Source: Gammaproteobacteria bacterium (GTDB lineage Bacteria > Pseudomonadota > Gammaproteobacteria > SG8-11). Taken from it: a stretch of DNA of 64,000 nucleotides. Below the pieces are notes generated by a model that was given only the letters and a program-made list of their open reading frames with translations, did no database searches and was not told the DNA's origin. The DNA is taken from positions 7,250 to 71,249 of the forward strand of contig JAHECY010000007.1 of the NCBI GenBank assembly GCA_024641505.1, given 5' to 3'. A program made the translations under genes and the position numbers. Of the stretch, positions 39,113 to 50,913 are shown in pieces (positions within the stretch are counted from its first letter, which is position 1; each line of letters starts with the position of its first letter).

Positions 39113-40322
39113 TGGTGCCCCCGAAACCGAATGAATTTGACATGACCACATCGATCTTCATCTGACGCGCCGTGTGCGGCACGAAATCCAGATCGCAAGC
39201 CGGATCCTGATTGAAGATATTGATGGTCGGCGGTGCCACCTGATCGCGGATGGCGAGAGCGCTGAAAATCGCTTCGATACCCCCCGCGGCTCCCAACAGA
39301 TGACCGGTCATGGATTTGGTGGAACTGATCGCAACCTTATAGGCATGATCGGCGAACGCGCCTTTGATGGCATAGGTTTCCGCCAGATCGCCCGCTGGCG
39401 TGGACGTGCCGTGAGCATTGATGTAGCTCACCTGCTCCGGATTCAGGTGCGCATTGCGCAGGGCGCTCAACATACAACGACGCGCACCGTCGCCACCTTC
39501 CGAGGGTGACGTCATATGGTAGGCGTCACCGCTCATACCGTAACCGGAAACTTCGGCGTAGATGCGCGCGCCGCGCTTCTTGGCGAACTCATATTCTTCC
39601 AAAACCAACACGCCGGCACCGTCGCTGAGCACGAACCCGTCCCGGTCCCGGTCCCAAGGGCGACTGGCGGTAGCGGGATCATCATTACGAGTGGACAAAG
39701 CACGAGCGGCGCAGAAACCACCTAAACCGCAATGGGTCGTTGCCATTTCCGCACCACCGGCGATCATGACATCGGCGTCACCGTACTCGATAATGCGCGC
39801 TGCTTCACCAATGGAATGCGTGGCCGTGGCGCACGCGGAAACCGTCGCCAGGTTCGGCCCTTTCATGCCGTACATGATGGACAGATTTCCAGAAATCATA
39901 TTGATGATGGAACTGGGTACAAAGAACGGTGATACCTTGCGTGGGCCGCCCTTGAGATAAGCGTCATAGCCTTTTTCGATGCTGCCCAGTCCACCGATAC
40001 CCGACCCTAATGCGACGCCGATCATGGGCGCGTTTTCTTCCGTAATTTCGAGTCCCGCGTCTTCAATCGCTTCCTTGGAAGCCACCAGTCCGTATTGGAT
40101 GAACTGATCCATTTTCTTGATATCTTTGGCATGGACGGCAACCGTCGGATCAAAATTCCATACCGAGCCGCCGAAGCGTGTTGGAAACGCACTTACATCG
40201 AAATGGGTCAAAGGGCCAATGCCGCCTTTGCCCTCAAGAATATTGGCCCAGGAATCCTTAACATTGAGTCCCACGGGGGAGACCATACCTAGGCCGGTGA
40301 CAACAACACGTCTTCGAGTCAA
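39084..40322 (-). CDS. fabF: Beta-ketoacyl-ACP synthase II
   Basis: 412 aa with a thiolase-fold KAS II motif and the conserved acpP-fabF order. Confidence 0.9.
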   Translation of the reverse strand: MTRRRVVVTGLGMVSPVGLNVKDSWANILEGKGGIGPLTHFDVSAFPTRFGGSVWNFDPTVAVHAKDIKKMDQFIQYGLVASKEAIEDAGLEITEENAPMIGVALGSGIGGLGSIEKGYDAYLKGGPRKVSPFFVPSSIINMISGNLSIMYGMKGPNLATVSACATATHSIGEAARIIEYGDADVMIAGGAEMATTHCGLGGFCAARALSTRNDDPATASRPWDRDRDGFVLSDGAGVLVLEEYEFAKKRGARIYAEVSGYGMSGDAYHMTSPSEGGDGARRCMLSALRNAHLNPEQVSYINAHGTSTPAGDLAETYAIKGAFADHAYKVAISSTKSMTGHLLGAAGGIEAIFSALAIRDQVAPPTINIFNQDPACDLDFVPHTARQMKIDVVMSNSFGFGGTNATLVFNRI

Positions 40323-40408
40323 GAGAACACCTATTTTAACAATTTACGGTACGCTGGGACAGGTAAACGCCGCTACCACACCTGTGGCAGCGGTTGGTCA
40401 ATTCAGGC

Positions 40409-40651
40409 TTATTTATTGTTGGTATGTGAAGTGATGTAATCAATCGCCTGCTTAACAGTCGTGATTTTTTCCGCATCTTCATCAGGAATTTCCGTTTCGA
40501 ATTCCTCTTCCAGAGCCATGACTAATTCCACCGTGTCCAGGGAATCTGCGCCAAGATCGTCGACGAAAGAGGCGGAATCACTGATTTCCTCATCTTTCAC
40601 ACCCAACTGCTCGACAACTATCTTTTTGACGCGTTCTTGTACTGTGCCCAT
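40409..40651 (-). CDS. acpP: Acyl carrier protein
   Basis: [19 protein letters not shown] phosphopantetheine-attachment motif. Confidence 0.9.
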   Translation of the reverse strand: MGTVQERVKKIVVEQLGVKDEEISDSASFVDDLGADSLDTVELVMALEEEFETEIPDEDAEKITTVKQAIDYITSHTNNK

Positions 40652-40884
40652 AGCTAAATTATCCTCCCAAAATTATCACCAGCATCACGCTGCGGACGGT
40701 ATTCTATTGAAATCTCTGGCCTAATGCCAGAAATAAGCACAGCAAAGTTTAATGGCTGCGCCATGCTTAACCAATCTTGGTGGGCCCTTACGGGACGACC
40801 GTTATATTTTCAATAGCTTACCGTACTCGCAACAACATAAAATAAACTCCAATTCGTTTGATATAACAACACGTGATAAAATGT

Positions 40885-41628
40885 TTAATTCATATACATT
40901 CCACCATTTACATTCAGGTTTTGGCCGGTGATATACGCCGCTCCCGGCGATGCCAAGAAAGCCACGGCGGCGGCGATTTCCTCGGGTCGACCAAGACGGT
41001 TCAGCGGAATCATTTGCAACAAACCCAGCTTATGCTCTTCCGCCAGGGACCGCGTCATATCGGTATCGATGAATCCGGGCGCAACCGTATTCACGGTAAT
41101 ATTGCGCGATGCCACTTCCCGGGCCAATGACTTGCTGAATCCCAGAATCCCGGCCTTGGCGGCCGCGTAATTAGTCTGACCTGCGTTACCGGAAACGCCC
41201 ACCACGGAGGTTATGCTGATAATCCTGCCTTTGCGCGCCTTGGTCATGCCGCGTAGACACGCTTTGGACAAGCGATATACAGAACTCAAATTGGTATTGA
41301 TGATGGCATTCCATTCGTCGTCCGACATGCGCATCAGCAAATTATCACGGGTAATCCCCGCATTGTTTACCAAGATAGAGGGATATCCAAATTCTGTCTG
41401 AATTTTGTTCATGACGGCATCTACGGAACTCTGATCCGACACATCCAGTGCCATCCCGGTACCCTTGATTTTGTGTTCTTCCAAATAATGGCTGATGGCT
41501 TCGGCGCCACTGGCGGACGTGGCGGTACCAATGACGGTAGCCCCCATGTTACCCAGTCGTAATGCACATGCCTGGCCAATGCCGCGGCTGGCGCCGGTTA
41601 CCAGAGCGATTTCACCTTGTAGCTCCAT
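40885..41628 (-). CDS. fabG: 3-oxoacyl-ACP reductase
   Basis: SDR family: TGASRGIG and YAAAKAG motifs. Confidence 0.9.
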   Translation of the reverse strand: MELQGEIALVTGASRGIGQACALRLGNMGATVIGTATSASGAEAISHYLEEHKIKGTGMALDVSDQSSVDAVMNKIQTEFGYPSILVNNAGITRDNLLMRMSDDEWNAIINTNLSSVYRLSKACLRGMTKARKGRIISITSVVGVSGNAGQTNYAAAKAGILGFSKSLAREVASRNITVNTVAPGFIDTDMTRSLAEEHKLGLLQMIPLNRLGRPEEIAAAVAFLASPGAAYITGQNLNVNGGMYMN

Positions 41629-42590
41629 TATGCTCCTCCTGTGGTCGTCAATGTTTTGTCCAGACTGGCCGGATCATAGACAGTTTCCGTACCGATATCC
41701 TTAGTGATGCGCTTGGCCAAGCCGATAAGCACTTTGCCCGGACCGCATTCCACCAAGGTCTTGATGCCATGACCCGCCATGTATTGCACAGATTCCACCC
41801 AACGCACCGGATTGTGCAGTTGGCGCACCAGGGCTTCCTTGATCTGTTCCGGATCCCGGGTAGCAGCGACATCAACATTGTTAATCACGTCGATAGCCGG
41901 TGCCGACACGGCAATTTGCGCCAATCGTTGGCGCAGCTTATGCGCGGCTGGCAACATCAAGGCACAGTGTGAAGGAACGCTGACCGGTAATAGCATCGCG
42001 CGCTTGGCACCCAGCTCATTGGCCACGACCATGGCTCTCTCCACTGCCGCTTTATCGCCGGCAATCACCACCTGTCCAACGGAATTGAAATTGACGGCGG
42101 CAACCACCTCGCCTTGCGCAGCCCGGTCGCACGCATCAACCACCTGACTGTCGTCCAAACCCAAAATCGCCGCCATGGCGCCCTGTCCCTCCGGCACCGC
42201 TTCCTGCATGAAGCGGCCCCGATCCGCGACCAGGCTTACCGCATCGGCAAAACCCATGGCACCGGCGCACACCAGGGCGGAATATTCTCCAAGACTGTGT
42301 CCCGCCATCATGGCCGGCTGCACACCGTTACGGGCTTGCCAAACCCGCCATACCGCGACACCTGCGGCAAGCATAGCGGGCTGAGTGATGTACGTCTTAT
42401 TCAGTTCAGTGTCCGGACCCGTTTGTACGAGGTGCCACAGGTCGTAGCCCAGCACCTGCGATGCTTCCTCAAAAGTTGCCCGTACCTGCGGGAAACCCTG
42501 CGCCAGGTCCTTGAGCATACCCACCGATTGCGAACCCTGCCCCGGAAATACGAAGGCGACAGTGGCAGAAGGAGTCGAAGCATTTGTCAT
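41628..42590 (-). CDS. fabD: Malonyl-CoA:ACP transacylase
   Basis: FPGQGSQ and GHSLGEY motifs. Confidence 0.85.
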   Translation of the reverse strand: MTNASTPSATVAFVFPGQGSQSVGMLKDLAQGFPQVRATFEEASQVLGYDLWHLVQTGPDTELNKTYITQPAMLAAGVAVWRVWQARNGVQPAMMAGHSLGEYSALVCAGAMGFADAVSLVADRGRFMQEAVPEGQGAMAAILGLDDSQVVDACDRAAQGEVVAAVNFNSVGQVVIAGDKAAVERAMVVANELGAKRAMLLPVSVPSHCALMLPAAHKLRQRLAQIAVSAPAIDVINNVDVAATRDPEQIKEALVRQLHNPVRWVESVQYMAGHGIKTLVECGPGKVLIGLAKRITKDIGTETVYDPASLDKTLTTTGGA

Positions 42591-42822
42591 GATTTTACTA
42601 CCTAACAATAGAGATTAACTCGCGCCAAGACACGCAGCGCGCATCATCCTGGCAAAATTCATGATTCAGGAACGCGCGGCACGTTGTTGATACCAACATG
42701 CACCATATTGGTATGTCGATCCGCACTGGAGTTTCGCTGGAGATCGTCCCTGACAGCTTTGGGTCCTGGCGAGAGAATGTATTTTTGGTATTAACAGGCA
42801 CGATTTTACTCTTAACGATACT

Positions 42823-43791
42823 CTAGTACTGCAACAGTACCGCACCCCAAGTGAAGCCGCCGCCGAAGGCCTCCAGCAACAGCACATCATCCCGCTTGAT
42901 GCGGCCTTCACGGATCGCGACATCCAGCGCCAGGGGCACCGAAGCTGCGGACGTGTTGCCGTGCTCGTCCACCGTAACCACCACGTGGTCCATGCTCATT
43001 TTGAGTTTCTTGGCAGTGGCGGTGATAATCCGGATATTGGCCTGATGCGGTACCAGCCAATCGATATCGGATTTCCTGATTTTATTAGCTTCCAGGGTTT
43101 CATCGACAATACGACCGAGAGTGTTGACGGCAACCTTGAAGACTTCGTTGCCCTGCATGGTCATGAAGGCGCTCCCGTTGATCACCTTGTCGTATCCCTG
43201 AGAGATACCGGCTGGCACGGTGAGTAAATCCTTATAGGAACCATCCGCGTGAATATGCGTGGATAATACCCCCGGACTGTTACTTGCTTCCATGATGACG
43301 GCGCCGGCACCGTCACCGAACAATACACAGGTACCGCGGTCGGTCCAGTCGATAATGCGGGACAAGGTCTCAGCACCAATCACCAGCGCGCGCTTAGTCC
43401 CACCGGACTTGATGAATTTATCCGCCACCGTCATGGCGTAGATAAAACCGGTACATACCGCCTGCACATCAAACGCCGCGCAACCGTGAATATCCAGGCG
43501 CTCCTGCAGCAGGCAGGCGGTACTGGGAAACACCCGATCCGGGGTGGTAGTGGCGACGATAATCAAATCAATCGTCTGGGGATCGATACCGGCGGCATCA
43601 ATCGCGGCCCGCGCCGCTTTCTCCGCCAGATCGCATGTAGTTTCATTTTCGCCGGCGATATGCCGTTTTTTGATACCGGTACGTTCGGTGATCCACTCAT
43701 CGGTGGTGTCCACCATTTTTTCCAAGTCGTGATTGGTGAGGATCTTCTCGGGAAGATAACCACCCGTACCTGTGATGCGTGAATATATCAC
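42823..43791 (-). CDS. fabH: Beta-ketoacyl-ACP synthase III
   Basis: 322 aa. The N-terminus and the catalytic Cys context ([11 protein letters not shown]) are typical of FabH. Confidence 0.9.
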   Translation of the reverse strand: MIYSRITGTGGYLPEKILTNHDLEKMVDTTDEWITERTGIKKRHIAGENETTCDLAEKAARAAIDAAGIDPQTIDLIIVATTTPDRVFPSTACLLQERLDIHGCAAFDVQAVCTGFIYAMTVADKFIKSGGTKRALVIGAETLSRIIDWTDRGTCVLFGDGAGAVIMEASNSPGVLSTHIHADGSYKDLLTVPAGISQGYDKVINGSAFMTMQGNEVFKVAVNTLGRIVDETLEANKIRKSDIDWLVPHQANIRIITATAKKLKMSMDHVVVTVDEHGNTSAASVPLALDVAIREGRIKRDDVLLLEAFGGGFTWGAVLLQY

Positions 43792-44816
43792 CCGACCCGC
43801 CTTTGTTTTAACAAATGTTCCATTTGCGCGTGGATGCGTCCTGGCACGTTCTTTTCCACTTCCAGGATGGCCTCTTCGATACTGTATTCAAACGCCAGCG
43901 CGTCAGCGCCACCGTGACTCTTGATGACAATACCGTTGAGACCCACCAGACTGGCGCCATTGTAACGCCGGGGATCCACCCGTTTGCGAAATGCTTTGAG
44001 CACCGGCATGGCAACCCAGGCCGCTAATTTGGTAAAAATATTGCGAGTGAACTCCTGTTTCAGGAAATACACCATCATCGAAGCGACGCCTTCGGTGGTT
44101 TTCAGGGCCACATTGCCCACAAAACCGTCACACACCACAACATCTGCGGCGCCCTTGTAGATATCGTCACCCTCGATGTAGCCGATATAGTTGAGCGGGC
44201 TGCCCGCCAGTAACAATGCCGCTTCCTTCACCTGTTCATTACCCTTGATTTCCTCTTCGCCGATGTTGAGCAGGGCCACGGTAGGTCGGTCCATGCTGTC
44301 CACGGCACTGCTCAGGCCTGAGCCCATGATGGCAAACTGGAATAAGTGTTCCGCTGAGGAGTCAACGTTGGCACCCAAATCCAGGACGTGGGTATGGCCA
44401 TCTTTCATGGTGGGCAAGGTTTTGAGAATGGCGGGGCGATCGATCCCAGGCAATGTTTTCAATACAAAACGGGCGGTGGCCATTAAGGCACCGGTGTTGC
44501 CGGCGCTTACGCACGCCTGAGCCGTACCCTCTTTAACCATATTGATGGCGACACGCATGGACGAATCTTTCTTGTTGCGCAGCGCCAGTGAAGGCGATTC
44601 GTCCATTTCCACTTTCTGCGAGGCATGATGGATGCTGATCTGGGGTCCCACTTTCCCGCCATGTTGTCGCAACGTGGCGCCAAGCACCTCCTGATCACCA
44701 ACAAGCGCGAGCTTGAGATTCTGGTGTTTACGAATGACGCTGAGTGCGGCGGGGATAACAACGTCGGGACCGTAGTCCCCCCCCATGGCATCAAGCGCTA
44801 CAGTAACTTCCTGGGT
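43788..44816 (-). CDS. plsX: Phosphate acyltransferase PlsX
   Basis: VALDAMGGD motif. Overlaps fabH by 4 bp. The ORF extends to 44870. Confidence 0.8.
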   Translation of the reverse strand, partial: TQEVTVALDAMGGDYGPDVVIPAALSVIRKHQNLKLALVGDQEVLGATLRQHGGKVGPQISIHHASQKVEMDESPSLALRNKKDSSMRVAINMVKEGTAQACVSAGNTGALMATARFVLKTLPGIDRPAILKTLPTMKDGHTHVLDLGANVDSSAEHLFQFAIMGSGLSSAVDSMDRPTVALLNIGEEEIKGNEQVKEAALLLAGSPLNYIGYIEGDDIYKGAADVVVCDGFVGNVALKTTEGVASMMVYFLKQEFTRNIFTKLAAWVAMPVLKAFRKRVDPRRYNGASLVGLNGIVIKSHGGADALAFEYSIEEAILEVEKNVPGRIHAQMEHLLKQRRVG

Positions 44817-44979
44817 CATGCTGATTGGCAAGCTCGTTCGGCCTGCGTCAGATACACTACCGGCAGGCAAATGTTTTTTTTATCACCAAATGACATGGCG
44901 CCGACTGCTGTATTTTTGTTAAAGAACAGCGGCGCAATGCCAACGATAATGTCGTGTAAGAAAATTCGTCGGGTGACGA

Positions 44980-45159
44980 TTACTCGTTACCCGTTTGAAT
45001 TACTTTACGTCCACGGTAATAACCATCCGGCGATACGTGGTGCCGCAAGTGGGTTTCCCCCGTGGTTGGCTCAATAGACAATGTGCTCTTGGCAAGCTTA
45101 TCGTGTGCACGACGCATATCGCGCTTGGATGAGCTCTTACGGTTTTGTTGGACTGCCAT
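44980..45159 (-). CDS. rpmF: 50S ribosomal protein L32
   Basis: Manually translated 59-aa [25 protein letters not shown]... It is not in the ORF track, so coordinates are accurate to about 2 nt. Confidence 0.8.
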   Translation of the reverse strand: MAVQQNRKSSSKRDMRRAHDKLAKSTLSIEPTTGETHLRHHVSPDGYYRGRKVIQTGNE

Positions 45160-45191
45160 AAAACTGACTCCTGACTCTTATCAATTGATTA

Positions 45192-45710
45192 CTATGTTTT
45201 CTTCAGACTCTTCAATACGGCGAAAGGATTTGGTTTGGTCTCCGTATCCACCTCCACGCTATCCATCCCTGTCGCGGCCACCACCAGTCTGCAATCGCCC
45301 GGCGCGTGCGTCGCGACGATCGGCAGGGACAACAGAATCTCATCCTCAATAATACTGGCCAACGCAATCGGGCTCTCGGTGACCAGTAGTGGTTCATATT
45401 CCTCGGACAGACGATTCATCTGGTATTCATTTTTTACCAGACCCAGCAAAAATCGGGAATCGATGTCCTGCACCATGGGTTCCAGGCACCTTTGACACAT
45501 CATGGTAAGGCTTCCGGAAAGGCTTCCTTGCACCATTGGCTGGCGCAATTCGTCGAGACCGAATTCAAGCGTTACCTGAATCTCGCCTGTAGTATCGCGT
45601 AATGATGGCGCTAGTCGAGTCAAGGTCTTGATTGCTATGGGCCCTTCAAGACGCTCCCCTTTACTGGCCAACTGGAACGGATCAATCGTGACCGGCAACC
45701 GTGTGTGCAT
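45192..45710 (-). CDS. yceD: YceD/DUF177 family protein
   Basis: C-terminal CxxC...CxxC-like region and conserved position upstream of rpmF. Confidence 0.75.
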   Translation of the reverse strand: MHTRLPVTIDPFQLASKGERLEGPIAIKTLTRLAPSLRDTTGEIQVTLEFGLDELRQPMVQGSLSGSLTMMCQRCLEPMVQDIDSRFLLGLVKNEYQMNRLSEEYEPLLVTESPIALASIIEDEILLSLPIVATHAPGDCRLVVAATGMDSVEVDTETKPNPFAVLKSLKKT

Positions 45711-45889
45711 AAGCGGGCCATAATATAGGCTGAATCTCTAACTGTCAAAATTAATTCCAGTGAAAACGGGAGGTTCCGGCCTTTTCCCGACAAATGTCCT
45801 GGCTTGACACTGGAGGACATTTTAGTAATAGTCCCACAGCCAAGTCTCTGAACCTACACTAAAAAACATCATGAAAATAAGGGACCGGA

Positions 45890-47311
45890 ATGGAGATTAA
45901 AAAAATACTCATCGCGAATCGTGGTGAAATCGCCGTTCGCATTGTCCGGGCCTGTGCTGAAATGGGCATTAAATCGGCAGCCATCTATGCCGAAGCGGAT
46001 CGGCATGCTCTGCATGTCAAGAAAGCCAACCAGGCTTTCAGTGTGGGACCTGACACCATCTCCGGATACCTTAACGCCCACCGCATCGTCAACCTGGCGG
46101 TGGCCACCAATTGCGATGCCTTACATCCCGGTTACGGTTTTCTTTCCGAAAATCCGCAGCTGGCCGAGATCTGCGCCCGTCGGGGAGTGAAGTTTATCGG
46201 CCCAAGCGCCCAGGTGATTCATCGCATGGGCGATAAGATTGAAGCCCGTACCGCCATGATGGAAGCCGGGGTCCCGGTGGTACCTGGCAGCGTCGGCAAT
46301 GTGGAATCCCTGGAGGCCGCCGTCAGCTGCGCGCATGATATCGGTTATCCCGTCATGTTGAAGGCGACTTCGGGTGGTGGTGGTCGCGGCATTCGACGCT
46401 GTGAAAATGAGCGCGATCTGCGTCGCAATTATGATCGGGTCATCTCCGAAGCCACCAAGGCGTTTGGCAGTGCCAACGTATTTTTGGAAAAATGCATCGT
46501 TAATCCCCGGCACATTGAAGTACAGATCCTGGGCGACAGTCACGGTAATGTGGTGCATCTATTCGAGCGTGATTGTTCCATCCAACGCCGGCATCAAAAA
46601 TTACTGGAGATCGCGCCCTCCCCCCAACTTACCGAAGAACAACGCAAGTACATCGGTAAACTAGCGGTCAAAGCGGCTAAAAATGTCGGCTATGAAAACG
46701 CCGGTACCGTGGAGTTTCTGCTGGATCAAAGTGGTGAATTCTATTTCATGGAAATGAACACACGTCTGCAGGTGGAACATTGCGTTACCGAAGAAATCAC
46801 CGGTATCGACGTCGTGCAGGAACAAATACGAATCGCCGCCGGCCATCCCCTGCGCTACAAACAAAAAGACATCACGCGGCGCGGTTTCGCCATGGAATTT
46901 CGCATCAATGCCGAAGATCCCAAGAACGATTTCCTGCCCAGTTATGGACGCATCACTCGCTACTTCGCACCAGGCGGCCCCGGGGTACGCACGGACAGCG
47001 CTATTTATACCGGCTATGAAATTCCACCGTATTATGATTCCATGTGCGCCAAACTTACGGTATGGGCGTTGACCTGGGATCAGCTTCTGGATCGCGCCCG
47101 ACGTGCACTGGGCGACATGGGCGTTTATGGAGTAAAGACCACCATCCCCTATTACCTTGAAATCCTCCGGTCACCGGAATTTCAACGAGCCAATTTTGAC
47201 ACCAGCTTTGTGGAAAAACATCCGGAGTTGGTAAATTACTCCGTTCGTCATCCCATGAGCGACCTGGCCGCCGCCATTGGCGCCGCCCTCGCCGCCCATA
47301 CCGGTTTATAA
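45890..47311 (+). CDS. pycA: Biotin carboxylase subunit of a two-subunit pyruvate carboxylase (PycA-type). A 2-oxoglutarate carboxylase small subunit is not excluded.
   Basis: ATP-grasp biotin carboxylase motifs (ILIANRGEIAVRI, GGGGRGIR). 473 aa. Confidence 0.8.
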   Translation: MEIKKILIANRGEIAVRIVRACAEMGIKSAAIYAEADRHALHVKKANQAFSVGPDTISGYLNAHRIVNLAVATNCDALHPGYGFLSENPQLAEICARRGVKFIGPSAQVIHRMGDKIEARTAMMEAGVPVVPGSVGNVESLEAAVSCAHDIGYPVMLKATSGGGGRGIRRCENERDLRRNYDRVISEATKAFGSANVFLEKCIVNPRHIEVQILGDSHGNVVHLFERDCSIQRRHQKLLEIAPSPQLTEEQRKYIGKLAVKAAKNVGYENAGTVEFLLDQSGEFYFMEMNTRLQVEHCVTEEITGIDVVQEQIRIAAGHPLRYKQKDITRRGFAMEFRINAEDPKNDFLPSYGRITRYFAPGGPGVRTDSAIYTGYEIPPYYDSMCAKLTVWALTWDQLLDRARRALGDMGVYGVKTTIPYYLEILRSPEFQRANFDTSFVEKHPELVNYSVRHPMSDLAAAIGAALAAHTGL

Positions 47312-47338
47312 CTGGATCACGCTAAGGACGCAGATATT

Positions 47339-49159
47339 ATGCCCAAGGTTCACATCACCGACACCGTATTACGGGATGGCCACCAGTCGCTAATCGCTAC
47401 CCGGATGCGTCTGGCGGATATGTTACCGATATGCGACCGGCTGGACCGTATCGGATTTTGGTCGCTGGAGGTGTGGGGAGGCGCGACATTTGATGCCTGC
47501 GTACGTTTTCTCAAGGAAGACCCCTGGGAACGTTTGCGCCAACTGCGCCAGGCACTGCCGAAAACCCGCCTGCAAATGCTGTTGAGAGGTCAAAATCTCC
47601 TGGGATACCGCCACTATCCCGACGACGTAGTACAGGCCTTCGTGCAGAAGACGGCGAGCAATGGCATCGACGTGTTTCGCATCTTTGACGCCTTGAACGA
47701 TTTTCGGAATATCCGCGTTTCCGTGGAAGCGGTGAAACAAGCGGGCAAACACGCCCAAGGCGCCATTTGTTATACCACCAGCCCGGTCCATGATCTCGAT
47801 TCGTTCATTCGCATGGCCAAAGAATTGGAGGCAATGGGCTGTGACAGCGTTGCCATCAAGGACATGGCGGGCCTGCTCACTCCAATGGCCACTGCGGAAC
47901 TGGTAAAATGCCTGGTCGCCGCGGTTTCGATTCCAATTCATCTGCACTCGCATGCGACGGCGGGTCTGGCCGCCATGTGCCAGATCAAAGCCGTCGAAAA
48001 TGGTTGTCACCACGTCGATACCTGCATTTCCTCATTTGCCGGCGGCACCAGTCATCCACCGACGGAGAGCATGGTCGCGGCGCTGCGCCATACGGATTAC
48101 GATACCGGTCTGGATCTGGAATTGCTGCAGGAGATCGGATTCTATTTTCGGGAAGTACGCAAAAAATATCATCAATTCGAAAGTGACTTCACCGGCATCG
48201 ACACCCGGGTGCAGATCAATCAGGTTCCGGGGGGCATGATGTCCAATCTGTCCAATCAATTGCGGGAACAGGGCGCCCTCGGCAAGATGAACGAAGTGCT
48301 GCAGGAAATACCTAAGGTGCGAGAGGATCTGGGATTTCCACCGCTGGTAACGCCTACCTCGCAGATCGTCGGCACTCAGGCGGTATTGAATGTGCTCACC
48401 GATACCCGCTACAAGAACATTACCAACGAGGTAAAATTTTATCTGCAAGGCCGGTACGGCAAACCACCGGGCGAGGTCAACTCCATCGTGCGCCAGCAAG
48501 CCATTGGTAATCTGGATGTTATCGACTGCCGGCCTGCGGATCTGCTGGAAGCGGAAATGGATAAATTGACAGATGCCATTGGCAACAAAGCCAAATCCGC
48601 GGAAGACGTGCTGACCTATGCCATGTTTCCGGAAATTGGCAAGGAGTTCCTTGAGCAACGCAACAACAACGCGCTGGTTCCGGAGACGCTGGAGCCGTTA
48701 TCCCAAGGCGACGACAAATTCTGTGCCGTGGCCACGGAGTTCAACGTGACCCTGCACGGCGAGAGTTACCATATCAAGGTCACAGGTACCGGCCATAAAA
48801 CCAAGGATAAGCGGCCGTTTTACGTATCGGTGGACGGGGTACCGGAAGAGATCCTGGTGGAAACGCTCGATCAACTGATCGAAGGGGAAGCCACGCCCGG
48901 CGGCCGTACCGGCGCGAAAGGCAGTAAGCGCCCGCGTGCGACTTCGCCGGGACATGTCACCACGTCCATGCCAGGAGTCATCGTCGACGTGCTGGTCAAG
49001 ATCGGCGATGTAGTCAGCGCCGGTGATCCGGTGCTGGTCACCGAAGCGATGAAGATGGAAACGGAAGTACAGGCGCCCATTTCCGGCAAGATCATCATGG
49101 TGCACGTACAGAAAGGCGAAACCGTCAATCCCGACGAAGCCTTGATAGAAATCGAATGA
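47339..49159 (+). CDS. pycB: Carboxyltransferase plus biotin-carrier subunit (PycB / oxaloacetate decarboxylase alpha-like)
   Basis: N-terminal TIM-barrel carboxyltransferase (DTVLRDGHQS) and C-terminal biotinyl-lysine motif EAMKMET. Confidence 0.8.
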   Translation: MPKVHITDTVLRDGHQSLIATRMRLADMLPICDRLDRIGFWSLEVWGGATFDACVRFLKEDPWERLRQLRQALPKTRLQMLLRGQNLLGYRHYPDDVVQAFVQKTASNGIDVFRIFDALNDFRNIRVSVEAVKQAGKHAQGAICYTTSPVHDLDSFIRMAKELEAMGCDSVAIKDMAGLLTPMATAELVKCLVAAVSIPIHLHSHATAGLAAMCQIKAVENGCHHVDTCISSFAGGTSHPPTESMVAALRHTDYDTGLDLELLQEIGFYFREVRKKYHQFESDFTGIDTRVQINQVPGGMMSNLSNQLREQGALGKMNEVLQEIPKVREDLGFPPLVTPTSQIVGTQAVLNVLTDTRYKNITNEVKFYLQGRYGKPPGEVNSIVRQQAIGNLDVIDCRPADLLEAEMDKLTDAIGNKAKSAEDVLTYAMFPEIGKEFLEQRNNNALVPETLEPLSQGDDKFCAVATEFNVTLHGESYHIKVTGTGHKTKDKRPFYVSVDGVPEEILVETLDQLIEGEATPGGRTGAKGSKRPRATSPGHVTTSMPGVIVDVLVKIGDVVSAGDPVLVTEAMKMETEVQAPISGKIIMVHVQKGETVNPDEALIEIE

Positions 49160-49187
49160 CTGCGCAAAACGCCAAACTGCATACCTT

Positions 49188-49763
49188 ATGCAATTGATAC
49201 TAGCTTCCACCTCCCGCTACCGCAAGGAATTGCTTTCACGATTAGGATTGACCTTCACCTGCGTAGCGCCGGATGTGGATGAATCCCGGCTGGCGGGAGA
49301 AGATGCGCCGACACTGGTCGCCAGATTGGCCCGCGCCAAAGCGCAGGTGGTGGCCGACCGGAGTCCGGACTGTGTGGTGATAGGCTCCGATCAGGTGGCC
49401 GCGTCCGGCACCATGATTCTGAGCAAGTCCGGTAGCCATGAAAATGCCCGGCGCCAATTAGCCGCCGTATCTGGCAAGCAAGTGGTGTTCTACACGGGGC
49501 TGTGTGTCATCAATACCCGCACCGGGGAGGTGCAAACGGCAACCGTGCCGTTCACCGTGACGTTTCGCCCGCTGAACGACAGCCAAATCGAAAACTATCT
49601 GCGCCGGGACCTGCCGTATGATTGCGCGGGCAGTTTCAAATCGGAAGGTCTGGGAATCGTTTTATTTGAGAAGATGCAGGGTGATGACCCCAGCGCGCTC
49701 ATTGGCCTGCCGCTCATCACCCTGACCACCATGCTTACCCGAACCGGTATCGCCGTTATTTAA
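49188..49763 (+). CDS. maf: Maf-family nucleoside triphosphate pyrophosphatase
   Basis: N-terminal LILASTSRYRKELL motif. 191 aa. Confidence 0.8.
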   Translation: MQLILASTSRYRKELLSRLGLTFTCVAPDVDESRLAGEDAPTLVARLARAKAQVVADRSPDCVVIGSDQVAASGTMILSKSGSHENARRQLAAVSGKQVVFYTGLCVINTRTGEVQTATVPFTVTFRPLNDSQIENYLRRDLPYDCAGSFKSEGLGIVLFEKMQGDDPSALIGLPLITLTTMLTRTGIAVI

Positions 49764-50913
49764 TGGTCGCGCTGTTCAAACCCAGCACCGAGACAACCAC
49801 GTTGGCCATGGCCATGCCCAAGCGCTCGGCAAACCGATCGAGATAATTGGGACGTGGAGTGAAATCCACGATATCCTCCTGGCCGATAATCTCGCGCGCG
49901 ACATAACTGGTACTACCCAAGCCATCAATCAAACCCAGTTCCATACTCTGTTCCCCGGTCCAGACCAGACCGCTGAACAGCTCCGGCGTTTCTTTGAGAC
50001 GGCTGCCACGTCCGTCTTTGACGGTATCAATAAACTGCTGATGAATATTCGCGAGCATGTTTTTCACATGCATCACATCTTCTTCTTTCAGTGCGGAGAA
50101 TGGATCCAGAAATCCCTTGTTGGCGCCCGCCGTGAGCAACCGACGCTCGATACCCAATTTTTTCATGCCTTCGGTAAACCCAAAGCCATCCATCAGTACG
50201 CCGATAGAACCCACCATGCTGGCTTTATCCGCATATATCTCGTCGGCGGCGGCGGCAATGTAATATCCACCGGAAGCGCAAATGTCGACAATCACCGCGT
50301 ACAGGGGAATATTCTGATATTTCTCACGCAGGCGTACAATTTCATCATTAACATACCCTGCCTGCACCGGGCTGCCCCCGGGGCTATTGATGCGCAAGAT
50401 GATACCCACGGTATTCTTGTCCTTGAACGCTGCGCGTAAGCCACCAATGATCACATCAGCGCTGGCTTGGCTGTCTTCCGCGATTACTCCCTGGATGTCA
50501 ATGAGGGCGGTATGTTTTCCATGTTTCAGGCCATCGCCACCCATGTCATTGGGCAGATAAAAGAACAATGCCAGAAGATAAATCAAAAATGCAGCTTTAA
50601 AGAAGATGCTCCACCGCCGGCTGCGTTGCTGTTCCTTAATAGCGGCAAACAACAACTTATCGATGGTTTCCCGTTCCCATTCCGCATCGCTTTTGGAACC
50701 GCGCCAACCGAACGTCCGGCGCGGCGGGGTAATGACCTTCTCCCCGGAATCATCAGTGTCATCCACCGCAGACGCCGTCTGGGCCTTGTCGGTCCATGGG
50801 TCAAAATCAGGGTTCTGCTCGCTGTTTAAGCCCGGTGACGATGCACCGTCACTGGACTGCATTGCGGGTTCTGAAGAATTCGGTTTGTTCTTTTCCAGAT
50901 CGTCATTGGACAT
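49756..50913 (-). CDS. sppA: Signal peptide peptidase SppA (S49 family, 36K type)
   Basis: S49 motifs (ASGGYYIAAAADEIYA, MVGSIGV) and an N-terminal transmembrane segment. Confidence 0.75.
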   Translation of the reverse strand: MSNDDLEKNKPNSSEPAMQSSDGASSPGLNSEQNPDFDPWTDKAQTASAVDDTDDSGEKVITPPRRTFGWRGSKSDAEWERETIDKLLFAAIKEQQRSRRWSIFFKAAFLIYLLALFFYLPNDMGGDGLKHGKHTALIDIQGVIAEDSQASADVIIGGLRAAFKDKNTVGIILRINSPGGSPVQAGYVNDEIVRLREKYQNIPLYAVIVDICASGGYYIAAAADEIYADKASMVGSIGVLMDGFGFTEGMKKLGIERRLLTAGANKGFLDPFSALKEEDVMHVKNMLANIHQQFIDTVKDGRGSRLKETPELFSGLVWTGEQSMELGLIDGLGSTSYVAREIIGQEDIVDFTPRPNYLDRFAERLGMAMANVVVSVLGLNSATIK

